Positions 36,464 to 46,506 of a stretch of 64,000 nucleotides of DNA are shown piece after piece. The notes under the pieces were generated by a model. The model did not search any database, was not told the DNA's origin, and was given only the letters and a program-made list of their open reading frames with translations. The position numbers were made by a program, and so were the translations under genes. Source of the stretch: a bacterium (GTDB taxonomy: Bacteria; RBG-13-61-14; DATKZS01); NCBI GenBank assembly GCA_963674965.2, contig CAXXFL010000007.1, positions 96,001 through 160,000 of the forward strand, in the 5' to 3' direction. The stretch's first letter is position 1. Every line of letters starts with the position of its first letter.

Positions 36464-39400
36464 TTACCTGGTCACCTCGATTTGTATGGGCCGGGTCTCG
36501 ATCCTCTGGTCGGGATTATAGTATTGATAGGCGCTCGATTTGGGCGCCTGGGCCTTGACCGGAAACTTGGCCTTGAGCTGGTAATCGAACTTGAGGGGCT
36601 TGCCAGCTTCCATCCTCCTTACGTACACGGTGATCTGCCTTCCCGTGGCCGTGAACTTCTCGATGGTTTTATCCTCCTTCATCCTCTCGAAGGCGTCGGG
36701 TATAAGCGAGAAGCCAGGCGGGACGCCAAGGTCGAGTATGACCATGTCCGTGGCCTTCTCTCCCACGTATTCGGCCGTGACCGAGGCGGTGAGCAGGTCG
36801 TCCTTGGCCAGCTTGGTCCGGTCGTATTTGAGGTCCAAAGAGAGAAGCGGCTGGACTTCGATTTTCTTCAGCAAGTCCCAGGGCAGATAATAAATCCCCA
36901 CTACCTGGTACATAAGGCCCAGGTCATCGGGGGCCTGGATATCGACTTTGTGGACGCCCGTTCTCGTCTGGTCCTTGAAGTCCACCAGCCTGAGCACGTC
37001 CGAGTTCTCCGGCGTTATCTCGATCATCTCCTTCCTCTCGCCCAGCGCCACGGTTATATCGCCCTTCACGTCGGGGGCTTTGCCTTCCTCGGCCGCCAGC
37101 ATGGCCTTGAGGGACAATATGGTGGCCTGCGTGCTCTCGAAGGTACCGAAGGCGTCCTTTTGTTGGCCCAGCCAGGCCAGGCCCTGGTTGGCCGTGTTGG
37201 GTGACGCGTTGGCCTGGATAATGGCGTAGACGATAAGGGCCGTGGTCTCGATCATGGCCGACTTGCCGCTTCCATGCACGGCGGTCTCGCCCGCGGGTTC
37301 CCAGTGGGCGGTCCCGGTTTTCTTGTCCTCGATCTTCATGCCCTCGAGCTTCCTTAAAAGTTCCCTCGCGTCCTTGTCCGACGGGTCGGCCGCCACCATG
37401 GCGTTAAGGGCCAGGGCCAGGGTATAGGCGTCCTTCATTTTTTCCATGTTGTCCTTTAAGTAGGAGATCGACTTGTCCAGGGCCTCGCCCTTGTAGCCGG
37501 ACTCGGCCAGGGCCCAGGCAATATAAGCCGTGTTAAGCTCGACCGACTTGGAGAAGTCCTCGCCCGAAAGGGTTTCGAGCCAGTGCTCGACGGGCTTCCA
37601 GGTTCCGTCGCTTTCCTGCTGGCCCACCAGCCAGTTCTGGGTCCGGGTAATGACCGACTCGTCGATGGGGTAGACCTTGCTCATGTCGTAAAACTCCATG
37701 AGACCGTAGGCGGTCAGGACCTTATGGGCCGGAGGGTTGCCGAACCACTCGAAGCCGCCGCCGGGCACCTCGAAGCTGAGCAGGCGCTGGTATCCCACGT
37801 TGATGAAGCCCTCGGCCTTCATCTGTATTTCGGGGCTGATGGTCCCGGTTTTTTTCATGTAGTTCAGGACCATGACGTTGGGGTAGGTGGTGGAGGTCGT
37901 CTGCTCGAAGCATCCGCTGGGCATTCTGAAGATGCCGTCCATGCCCTCGAGCACCTGGGCGAATACTCCGGGGTAGACCTTGACCATGACGCGGCTTCCG
38001 TCCTTGACGGCGGCCTCGGGAATCTCGATCTCCTCGGTAAGGGGGCCCGTAATCCTTCCGTTGCGGACAACCTCGAAGCGCTTGCCGTCGGGCACGACCT
38101 CGACCGTCCGCTTGACCGCGTCGCTCATTTTACCACCGATGGCGTAGACGGTAAGGGCCTTCCTACCCACGTCCACCGCCTTGAGTCGGAAGTATCTAAC
38201 GTCCACCTGGCCGCTTTCGAGCCGGAGTTCCTGGACGGAGTCGGACAAAAGCTCGAAGCCGTCGCGTTCCCTGATCTCGAGCTTGACCGTCTGGGAGCCG
38301 GGAAGGTAGTTGTAGACCTGCACCGGTATCTCGACCTCGTCGTTCTGAGTCAGTTGGACCGGGAAATCGATATCGGCGAAGAAATCCTGGAACACGCGTA
38401 TGCCGCTCACGCCCGATCCCAGGTTCCCTCCTCCGGAGTGGGCCAGGGCGGTGAGACGCCAGGTAGTGATCGAGTCGGCCATGGGCACGGCCAGGGAAGC
38501 CTCGCCAAAGCGGTCGGTGATCAGGGCGGGCTCCCACCACAAGGTCTCGGGGAAATACTCGCGTACGCGGATTTTCCCGCCGCCTTCCGAGGATGTATCC
38601 GGCTCTTCGTGACCGCCGCCGTTTTTCTTTCTCATTTTGGGCGCCGTCTCGGGCATGGCCGCCGTGTCGCGCATCATGGCGCCGCCGAGGGCGATCCCGG
38701 GAAAGTCCGCGATTTTATCGATCAGGCCCTCCTCTTCGGCGAACATCCACCTGTGGCTCCCACCCAGCCGGCTTAGGTAAGGATGGGAGGAATAGGCGTA
38801 GGGGTCCGCCACGTCGTCGTCGGTCCCCGCCTTACCGTCGGGTCCGGCGGAGAAGACCTGGAAATGAGGATAGGGCCCGCCGTAGGGGTTGGTCTCGTCA
38901 TCGCCCAGCTTGCGGATCATGAACTTCTCGCCCCACGGGTCCACGTCGGCGCCCTTGTCGAGATATCCTTTGTCCAGGAGCTTGTCCATAACGTCGTCGG
39001 GAATGTCCGCCGGGGCGTCGTTGGCAAAGAGCTTGTCCAGCCAGGACCTCTGCTCGTCGTAATAATATCTGTCCAGGGCGTTGTAGAATTTATGCAGCCT
39101 GAAGGAGGCCACCCCCCTGGTCACGGCGTAGACGTCCATGGAAGGGTCCAGGGTCTTGAGTATCTCGGGAGTATAGGGATTGCCAAAGGGATCGTTTACG
39201 TAGTCCTTGGCCAGGTCGCCCTCTTTTTCCATGAGGGAGCCAAGGTCCTCGATGTAATCCCACGTGCCCTTTTTCTTCTCGATGAAAGGGTGGTCGTAAG
39301 AGTAGGCGAAGAAGGCGGTCATAAAGTTCTCGATCCTTCCCCTCTCATTGTCCATCCTGGTTTTGGCCGGGTTTTCCTTCCATCCCATCTCGGTGGGTTT

Positions 39401-41392
39401 TTCCACGCCGGCGAGAAGGACCTTCATTACCTTGTCCTTTTTGCGCCGGGCCTCGGCGTCCTCCAGGATGAGGGACTGGACCGATTCACCGCCCGGTGAG
39501 AGGTGTATCTCGTAGCGCGGCTTGGCCAGTTCCTCCTCCAGGGTGAAGTAGACCTTGAGGAGACCGGGACGCATGTCCTGGATGGCGAACACGCTCTCGT
39601 CCACGATCGAGACGCCCAGGGCCGCGGCCTTGCCTTTGCCGCTTTCGTCTGTGACCTTGAAACTCAGAAGGGCCTGTTCTCCGGGCCGGTAAACGTCCTT
39701 GTCCAGGGACACGCTGATCTTGAGGTCGGAGGGAGGCTCGACGTACACGACCTTGGCGTCCCTTACTATCTCGCCGGAGGGAAGGATCATGTAGGCGTGC
39801 GTCTCGAGGGTCCCGAAAAGGTCGGGCCCGAGGGTGATGGTATGGGCGGCCTTTCCGCCCGCCAGGTCGAGCGACCTGGTCAGCACGGTCCTTCTGTCCT
39901 TGATCACGTCCAGGTAGGCCGTGCCCGAGGAAAAGGTGGAAAGCACCGTGAGTTTCACCTCGTCGCCCGACCGGTATACCGCCTTGTCCGAGCGGAGGAG
40001 CACGTTGTCCTTCAAGGCGTCGGCGGAAAGGGTCCGGGTGGCGGTCACCTTGGCGCCGTTTTTGGCCTCGGCCTTAATCTTGGCCTCGATCACGTAGGCG
40101 GGCTTGTTCCGGACGGAGGGATCGAACTGCCAGTCCTGGTATCCGACGTCCTGGCTTTTAAAGTCCTCCGGGTCGGGGGTAAAGGAGAACTCGGCCACCC
40201 CGACGTCGTCGGAGTCGGCCGTGAGCTTCTCGCCTCCGATCTCGATCTCGATACGGGCGCTCACCGGCTCGTCGTTGGGGGTGCTGGTCACGGCGAAGAT
40301 TTTGTTCTCGACGCCGGGAATGATCCTTCCCGCCTCGGGAACCAGCTCGACTCGGAGGTCCGAGGCCGAGACCTTGCGCTCGATAAGGGCGGACTCCTCA
40401 TGGTCCGCCGTGTCCGTGACCTTGGCCTCGATTTTGATGAAGGCGTCGCCCTTCTCGAGGGGCTGACCCACGAAGTGGCCGGGCAGGGTGAGGTCGAACT
40501 TGAACGACCCGTCCTTGTCCGTCTTGCCCGAGGCCTCGGCCACGTCGTGGAACTCGACGTCAAAGGCCTGGGCCACGACCTTCACGTGGCCGCCCGACAC
40601 GGGCTTGCCGAAAAAGTAATTGGCGTCCACCGTGCCGGTGAGCTTGTCGCCGGGCGCGTAATAGGACTTGTCCGTCTCGAGGGAGACCTTGAACTTGGGC
40701 AGCACGTACTTCTTGACGGTCACGCTCTTCTCGGTCTCGCGCTCCCCGACCATGGCCCTGACCGCGTACTCGCCCATGCGAATCTCGTCGGCCAATTGGA
40801 AGTCGGCCGAGGAAATCCCGTAGCGGTCGGTGAAGTCGCTTTTCTTGAAGACCTTGTTGCCTTGAGGGTCCTCGACCTCGATGGTCACCTTGCGCCGGGC
40901 CACGGGGCTAAGGTCGGAGGTCTTGAGGGACACCGAGCGGATATGAATCAACTGGCCCGGCTGGTAAAGGGGCTTGTCCGTGGAAAGGAGTATGCGGTAT
41001 TTGGGCTTTAGCTCGATCGCGTGTTTCTTTTCGACCTCGCCCAACTCGGAGCGGACGTTAACGATCAGCTCGTACTCGCCGGGGGAAAGGTCGGGCACGC
41101 GGGCGTCATTGTCCACCGTGCCGTTGGAGTCGGTCTTGGCGAAGAGGACGCGGGAGGGGCCTTTATCGCCCTTCAAGGATATCTCGACCTGGGCGCCCTG
41201 GATGGGCCGGGATTCCTTGAGGGACACGGCCTCGACAACCACCACCCGGAAGGCCGCCTTGCTCCCCGGGTCCAACTCGTCGGGACAGAATATGAACACG
41301 TCCTGTACGGGACGGGGCTTGCCCGCGTCGGAGACCAAAGCGAACAGCATCGCCAGGGCCGCGATAGTTAACGTTAAAAAAACCCTTCTCAT
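36464..41392 (-). CDS. Alpha-2-macroglobulin family thioester protein
   Basis: Signal peptide, TDKPLYQPG, YVLPKF, VREYFPET, DSITTW, thioester GCFEQ (37901-37912), STQAT and C-terminal YQYYNP. Confidence 0.95.
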   Translation of the reverse strand: MRRVFLTLTIAALAMLFALVSDAGKPRPVQDVFIFCPDELDPGSKAAFRVVVVEAVSLKESRPIQGAQVEISLKGDKGPSRVLFAKTDSNGTVDNDARVPDLSPGEYELIVNVRSELGEVEKKHAIELKPKYRILLSTDKPLYQPGQLIHIRSVSLKTSDLSPVARRKVTIEVEDPQGNKVFKKSDFTDRYGISSADFQLADEIRMGEYAVRAMVGERETEKSVTVKKYVLPKFKVSLETDKSYYAPGDKLTGTVDANYFFGKPVSGGHVKVVAQAFDVEFHDVAEASGKTDKDGSFKFDLTLPGHFVGQPLEKGDAFIKIEAKVTDTADHEESALIERKVSASDLRVELVPEAGRIIPGVENKIFAVTSTPNDEPVSARIEIEIGGEKLTADSDDVGVAEFSFTPDPEDFKSQDVGYQDWQFDPSVRNKPAYVIEAKIKAEAKNGAKVTATRTLSADALKDNVLLRSDKAVYRSGDEVKLTVLSTFSSGTAYLDVIKDRRTVLTRSLDLAGGKAAHTITLGPDLFGTLETHAYMILPSGEIVRDAKVVYVEPPSDLKISVSLDKDVYRPGEQALLSFKVTDESGKGKAAALGVSIVDESVFAIQDMRPGLLKVYFTLEEELAKPRYEIHLSPGGESVQSLILEDAEARRKKDKVMKVLLAGVEKPTEMGWKENPAKTRMDNERGRIENFMTAFFAYSYDHPFIEKKKGTWDYIEDLGSLMEKEGDLAKDYVNDPFGNPYTPEILKTLDPSMDVYAVTRGVASFRLHKFYNALDRYYYDEQRSWLDKLFANDAPADIPDDVMDKLLDKGYLDKGADVDPWGEKFMIRKLGDDETNPYGGPYPHFQVFSAGPDGKAGTDDDVADPYAYSSHPYLSRLGGSHRWMFAEEEGLIDKIADFPGIALGGAMMRDTAAMPETAPKMRKKNGGGHEEPDTSSEGGGKIRVREYFPETLWWEPALITDRFGEASLAVPMADSITTWRLTALAHSGGGNLGSGVSGIRVFQDFFADIDFPVQLTQNDEVEIPVQVYNYLPGSQTVKLEIRERDGFELLSDSVQELRLESGQVDVRYFRLKAVDVGRKALTVYAIGGKMSDAVKRTVEVVPDGKRFEVVRNGRITGPLTEEIEIPEAAVKDGSRVMVKVYPGVFAQVLEGMDGIFRMPSGCFEQTTSTTYPNVMVLNYMKKTGTISPEIQMKAEGFINVGYQRLLSFEVPGGGFEWFGNPPAHKVLTAYGLMEFYDMSKVYPIDESVITRTQNWLVGQQESDGTWKPVEHWLETLSGEDFSKSVELNTAYIAWALAESGYKGEALDKSISYLKDNMEKMKDAYTLALALNAMVAADPSDKDARELLRKLEGMKIEDKKTGTAHWEPAGETAVHGSGKSAMIETTALIVYAIIQANASPNTANQGLAWLGQQKDAFGTFESTQATILSLKAMLAAEEGKAPDVKGDITVALGERKEMIEITPENSDVLRLVDFKDQTRTGVHKVDIQAPDDLGLMYQVVGIYYLPWDLLKKIEVQPLLSLDLKYDRTKLAKDDLLTASVTAEYVGEKATDMVILDLGVPPGFSLIPDAFERMKEDKTIEKFTATGRQITVYVRRMEAGKPLKFDYQLKAKFPVKAQAPKSSAYQYYNPDQRIETRPIQIEVTR

Positions 41393-41579
41393 TTATGTTT
41401 CCTCCTTCTGGGGATTTGGATAATCACCTTGCCTGGACGCTGATAATACCACCTGGGCCGAGCCCGTTCCATGAATTTTACCTGGACGCCCGGCGGGGCC
41501 CTTTTTTGATTTTAACGGCCTTATTCCGGAAAGGTTCGACCGTTTCCATTTTTTCCGATAAATGTTAATGTTCTTAGTC

Positions 41580-42464
41580 ATGGAAAACCTGCATATGGCG
41601 GCCGATTGGCTCGCGCTCTCGGGCGCGCTTTGGGCCGGAGCTTCTCTTGGCCATTTCCTTTCCACCGAGGAGTCGGCGGGCCGGCGTTTTCTACTTAAGA
41701 TATTCGCCAGATGGGTCGAGGTCCCGCTGTTGTGGTTCATCTGGGTCGTCTGCCGGGGGCCTCTTAGCTTCGCGCTTAAAATTCCCGGCGCGAGGCCGGT
41801 GCTCGGGACCCTGGTAACGAGGCCCTTCGGTCTTTGGATGGACACGGGCGTTCCCGTTCCCACCAAGGACGTGATGAAGATGATCGACGCCCTTGACGGC
41901 CGCGTGGCGGTGGGCGACTGCCGCTGCCGCCTGGCCAAGAAGACCTGCGACCATCCCATGCGGGCCGATATAGTTTTCCGGACGGGCGCCGAGGCCTGGC
42001 TCTGGGCCTTCCCCGACCACTACCGGGAGATCGGCAAGGAGGAGGCGAAAAAGATCGTGCTCGAATGCTCGGAACAAGATATGTTCCAGATGGTCTTCAT
42101 CCACTGCTCGACCCGGACCCACGTGAACGAGTACGTGCTTTGCAACTGCTGCGCCTGCGGGTGCAAGGTCCACCTCCTCAACCGGACCATGGGCCAGGAG
42201 TACTTCCCCATGCGGGACGGCGGGTTCAGGAGCGTCCATAACCCCGACAAGTGCGAGCGTTGCGGCAAGTGCGTCGAGAAGTGCCCCTTCCAGGCCATAA
42301 CCCTGACCGACAACGGAATAAGGATAGGCGAGTGCTTCGGGTGCGGCCTGTGCGAGCGCGTGTGCGAAAACGGGGCCTACGAGGTAATCAAGAAGCTACC
42401 CGGCCCGGACTGGTCGCAGGAAGCCTGGAGGGCGCTGGATAAATCGGAACTGAAAGGAAGCTGA
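41580..42464 (+). CDS. Membrane-anchored 4Fe-4S binding protein
   Basis: CRCR...C, CNCCACGC, CERCGKCVEKCP and CFGCGLCERVC. Confidence 0.85.
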   Translation: MENLHMAADWLALSGALWAGASLGHFLSTEESAGRRFLLKIFARWVEVPLLWFIWVVCRGPLSFALKIPGARPVLGTLVTRPFGLWMDTGVPVPTKDVMKMIDALDGRVAVGDCRCRLAKKTCDHPMRADIVFRTGAEAWLWAFPDHYREIGKEEAKKIVLECSEQDMFQMVFIHCSTRTHVNEYVLCNCCACGCKVHLLNRTMGQEYFPMRDGGFRSVHNPDKCERCGKCVEKCPFQAITLTDNGIRIGECFGCGLCERVCENGAYEVIKKLPGPDWSQEAWRALDKSELKGS

Positions 42465-42489
42465 CGTATATATCCAAGGAGGGAGAGAT

Positions 42490-44448
42490 ATGTATCCACA
42501 AACCCAGGATGAGATAAAAGACACGAACAGGAACCTGGCCATCGGGTATGGGGTCGCCATGGTGGTGGCCTATATAGTCGGGTTCGGGGCCATGATTCCG
42601 GGCATGGTCAATTCCTTTGTCAAGGGCTTTGAAGAAATACGCGAGCCCCGGGCCTTGGTGGGGGCGGGCGAGAATCTTTACATAATCGAGAGATTGCACC
42701 GGATCGGAAAGATATTCGACTCCAAGGACGACCGGGAAGTCATCAATATATCCTATAAAACAGAGGACGGCTGGGCTGAGGGCCCCGCCATCGACGCCGG
42801 AGAGAAATTCGTTCCCCTGGGGAACTCACTCCTGGTCTTTACCGATGAAACCATGCTGGTCATCGAGGGCGACACGGTAAGGGGGGAATATCCCTATCCT
42901 CCGCGAGCGTCTTCCGAGGCCGGCTCTTCCCCAGGCGACACGATCGAGGTGGATAGCCCGGAGGGACTGGAGGATTATTATAACGCCGTATCCCACATGG
43001 GGGGCGTGGCCATTTTGGAGATGCCGAGTTATGACTTCCTGCGGCTGTCTTTTTTAAACTCGGAGCTCGAGGAGGAATGGTCCTTTGACGTGGACGTCCC
43101 GATCGAGGTCGGAGAGGATGATGGGTCTTATTACGGAAGCATTTATAGCGTTTGCTCGAATGGAGAGGACCTTTATCTTTACGCCTCCGGCCACGACAAC
43201 CTGGTCACCTGGAAGATCGATATCGAGAACAAGGCGCTTGGTCCCATGTCCGCCGAGACCCTGGAAGATGAGGGTTATTATTACGGGTCGTCCTTGTCCA
43301 ACGCGGCGGACCGGACGATATTTTTCTACGACTCCAGGAAGGACCCGGTAAAGGAAAAGAAAATCTCTTACCGCTTTATGGAACTCTCGCCGGATGGAAA
43401 GTGGACCGAGCTGCCCGAATTGAAGTTTCCGCCGAAAAAGGCGGCCTTCGAGTTCGTGCAAAAGGCCATGGTGACCGAGCAAGAGGGCCGGCTCCAGTTC
43501 GCTTCCATCGGGACGCGGTCTTTGTGGATGGAACTGGCGGACGGGGAATGGAAAGACAGGAGCGACGAGCTGCCGAAAACCTTTGGCTTGCCCGTGAACA
43601 ACATGTTCGGGAGCGTTTTCTCCAACATGAACGCGTCCATGCAATATGGCAATTTAATCACGTCCCTCGTGCCGGCCCTTTTCGGATTGATCGCCCACTT
43701 CCATTTCCTCTCGCGCAAAAACCCCCGCGTGATCATGGGAGAAAACGCCGGAGAGCTGGCCTCGATGGGAAGGCGGACCATGGCCTTTGGCATAGACATG
43801 TCGTTTTTCCTGGTCCCCATGGTAATTGCCACCTGGTACGTCACGAAGCGCTTGCCCGACATGCATGACGCGCGCGATATGGCCTTCCCGCAATCTTCGT
43901 TTTATGGGGTAATAATGCTTGCCACCTTCGCCGAGATGGTCCTGCCGCCACTTTATTTCATCGCCTCCGAGGCTATATGGGGAAGGAGCCTGGGCAAGGC
44001 GATCATGGGGATAAGGGTGGTCATGGCCGACGGCTCGAAGCTTACGGGCATGGCGGCGGTGATCCGGAACGCGCTTCGGCTGGTGGACATGATGGCTTAT
44101 TATATCCCGGTGATCGTCTCGGTGGCGGCGACGCAAAAGTACCAGCGCATAGGCGACATTATCGGCAAGACCGTGGTTGTTCGCGACCGTAAAGGCAAAT
44201 ACATGGAGAGGCTGGGGGAGGAGGAACTCCGGATGGAAAGGGAGCGCCAGGCCGCCGAGCAAGCCCGGGGCGTCCCGCCCGGATACCCTCCCTTCGGTCC
44301 CGGCCCCTATCCCGGCGCTCCCCCCGGAGTTTACTACTCCCAAATCACCGGCCCCGCCTCGCCCCCCGGCCCGGCCCTCCCCGACGAGCCGCCCCCCCTG
44401 CCGACGCCGGAGGGGGGAGATGGTACTGAAGGTGAAGGACAGCCATAG
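42490..44448 (+). CDS. RDD-family membrane protein 1 (large ectodomain, Pro-rich tail)
   Basis: N-terminal TM, ~330-aa loop, RR..AFGID, GRSLGK..GIRVV, RN..RLVD and QRIGD...KTVVV. Confidence 0.88.
   Translation: MYPQTQDEIKDTNRNLAIGYGVAMVVAYIVGFGAMIPGMVNSFVKGFEEIREPRALVGAGENLYIIERLHRIGKIFDSKDDREVINISYKTEDGWAEGPAIDAGEKFVPLGNSLLVFTDETMLVIEGDTVRGEYPYPPRASSEAGSSPGDTIEVDSPEGLEDYYNAVSHMGGVAILEMPSYDFLRLSFLNSELEEEWSFDVDVPIEVGEDDGSYYGSIYSVCSNGEDLYLYASGHDNLVTWKIDIENKALGPMSAETLEDEGYYYGSSLSNAADRTIFFYDSRKDPVKEKKISYRFMELSPDGKWTELPELKFPPKKAAFEFVQKAMVTEQEGRLQFASIGTRSLWMELADGEWKDRSDELPKTFGLPVNNMFGSVFSNMNASMQYGNLITSLVPALFGLIAHFHFLSRKNPRVIMGENAGELASMGRRTMAFGIDMSFFLVPMVIATWYVTKRLPDMHDARDMAFPQSSFYGVIMLATFAEMVLPPLYFIASEAIWGRSLGKAIMGIRVVMADGSKLTGMAAVIRNALRLVDMMAYYIPVIVSVAATQKYQRIGDIIGKTVVVRDRKGKYMERLGEEELRMERERQAAEQARGVPPGYPPFGPGPYPGAPPGVYYSQITGPASPPGPALPDEPPPLPTPEGGDGTEGEGQP
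44066..44419 (+). repeat. 354-bp direct repeat, copy 1
   Basis: Identical by eye to 46060-46413. Confidence 0.92.
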
Positions 44449-44510
44449 TTGTAGAGATTTGAAAGATTATTGAAGTCCTTTGCCGATGTAATAATCCAAG
44501 GAGAAAAGGG

Positions 44511-46451
44511 ATGTATCCGGAGACTTTGGAAGAAGTAAAAAACATTAACAGGAGAACGGCCGTTGGCTATGGGATTGCTATGGTTGTGGCATACCTGTTG
44601 GGTTACGGTTTGCTGATTCCAGCCGCGGTCAATTCAATAGTGAAAGGCATTGAAGGATGGCATGAACCATTGGCCTTAGTCGGGGCCGGAAAGAATTTGT
44701 ATCTTATCGAAAGCTCAAAACGGATTGGGCGGATTACCGACTCGAAAGACGATCTGAAAGTCAGCAATATTTCATATATGACCGATGGAGGTTGGGCAAA
44801 AGGTCCAGTGATTGCCAAGGCTCATTATTTCGTGCCATTTGGAGACTCCCTCTTGGTTTTCGCTGAGGAATCGATATCTTCGGTCGAGGGGGGCGAGGTA
44901 AAGGGAGAATATTCATATCAGCCGGAAGAAAAGTACTATAACTATTGCGGCGTCGTATCGCATAAAGGAGGCTTTGCCATATTATCCAAGCACTTTTATA
45001 AGAATTTATTACGATTCTCTTTTTTTAACTCTGAACTCAAAGAAGAATGGTTTTTCGAAATGGGAGACCCGATTCCAGCGCTGAAAAAGTCTAACTTTGA
45101 ACATTACATTGGAAGGTCATACCACATTTGTTCGAATGGAGAAGACCTCTATTTATTTTTATTTTCGGAGAGCCGTGAGGTGTTTTTTTGGAAGGTCGAT
45201 ATCGAGAACCTGAAACTCGGGCCACGATACTCCGAAACTCTGGGTCAAGGTATCCCATACGACTTTTCCATGTCGACAATCGAGGATAGGACGATATTTT
45301 TTTACGATACCAGGGAGACAATAGAAGAAAAAATAGTATCCTTCAGGCTCTTGGAATTATCTCGAGAAGGGAGATTCAGCGATATATCCATTTTGACATT
45401 GCCTCCGAAGGAGCAAGATAGATACGTCTTATTGGAACCTTTAGTATCCGAATATAAAAATAATATCCAGTTCATCTACTTTGACAAGAGAAGTTTTCTT
45501 GCCGGATGGATGGAACTGGTGGATGGCGATTGGATCGACATGAGCGATAAACTTCCCAAGGATTTTAATAAGCATGAAGAGAAGATGTTAGAGATGATTT
45601 ACGCCGACATGAACGCTCCCATACAGATCAGCAACCTCATCCCCCTGATTGTGCCATTTTTAGTAGCTTTGATAGCTCACTTCCATTTTAAAAGCATTAA
45701 GAACCCTCGCGTAATAATGGGTGAGAGCGCGGGGGAGTTGGCTTCAATGGGCAGAAGGACTATCGCCTTCGGTATAGACATATTCTTTTTTACTATTCCG
45801 GTTTTGATAGCCACATGGTTCACGATGAATGATACGACCAATATTACCAGGACTCTTAACGGACCGCTTACGGTAACACCTCCACATTATTCTATATTTG
45901 GCCTGATGATGCTCGCGAGCACCGCTCGGATGCTCCTGGGTCCTCTATACTTTTTCTCCACCGAGGCCGTTTGGGGAAGGAGTCTTGGCAAGGCGATTAT
46001 GGGTATTAGGGTGGTCATGGCCGACGGCTCAAGAATTACTCGCAAAGCGGCGGCAACCAGGAACGCGCTTCGGCTGGTGGACATGATGGCTTATTATATC
46101 CCGGTGATCGTCTCGGTGGCGGCGACGCAAAAGTACCAGCGCATAGGCGACATTATCGGCAAGACCGTGGTTGTTCGCGACCGTAAAGGCAAATACATGG
46201 AGAGGCTGGGGGAGGAGGAACTCCGGATGGAAAGGGAGCGCCAGGCCGCCGAGCAAGCCCGGGGCGTCCCGCCCGGATACCCTCCCTTCGGTCCCGGCCC
46301 CTATCCCGGCGCTCCCCCCGGAGTTTACTACTCCCAAATCACCGGCCCCGCCTCGCCCCCCGGCCCGGCCCTCCCCGACGAGCCGCCCCCCCTGCCGACG
46401 CCGGAGGGGGGAGGAGAGGAAGGACCGGAGAGTGGAGGGGATGGGCCGTAG
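44511..46451 (+). CDS. RDD-family membrane protein 2
   Basis: Same architecture as gene 1; the 5' three-quarters is visibly AT-rich. Confidence 0.88.
   Translation: MYPETLEEVKNINRRTAVGYGIAMVVAYLLGYGLLIPAAVNSIVKGIEGWHEPLALVGAGKNLYLIESSKRIGRITDSKDDLKVSNISYMTDGGWAKGPVIAKAHYFVPFGDSLLVFAEESISSVEGGEVKGEYSYQPEEKYYNYCGVVSHKGGFAILSKHFYKNLLRFSFFNSELKEEWFFEMGDPIPALKKSNFEHYIGRSYHICSNGEDLYLFLFSESREVFFWKVDIENLKLGPRYSETLGQGIPYDFSMSTIEDRTIFFYDTRETIEEKIVSFRLLELSREGRFSDISILTLPPKEQDRYVLLEPLVSEYKNNIQFIYFDKRSFLAGWMELVDGDWIDMSDKLPKDFNKHEEKMLEMIYADMNAPIQISNLIPLIVPFLVALIAHFHFKSIKNPRVIMGESAGELASMGRRTIAFGIDIFFFTIPVLIATWFTMNDTTNITRTLNGPLTVTPPHYSIFGLMMLASTARMLLGPLYFFSTEAVWGRSLGKAIMGIRVVMADGSRITRKAAATRNALRLVDMMAYYIPVIVSVAATQKYQRIGDIIGKTVVVRDRKGKYMERLGEEELRMERERQAAEQARGVPPGYPPFGPGPYPGAPPGVYYSQITGPASPPGPALPDEPPPLPTPEGGGEEGPESGGDGP
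46060..46413 (+). repeat. 354-bp direct repeat, copy 2
   Basis: Identical by eye to 44066-44419 (offset 1994). Confidence 0.92.
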
Positions 46452-46506
46452 GATACCTATGAAGCGAGCCATCATCTAAAGCAACGCTATGCGAGGAGGA
46501 CCAAAG

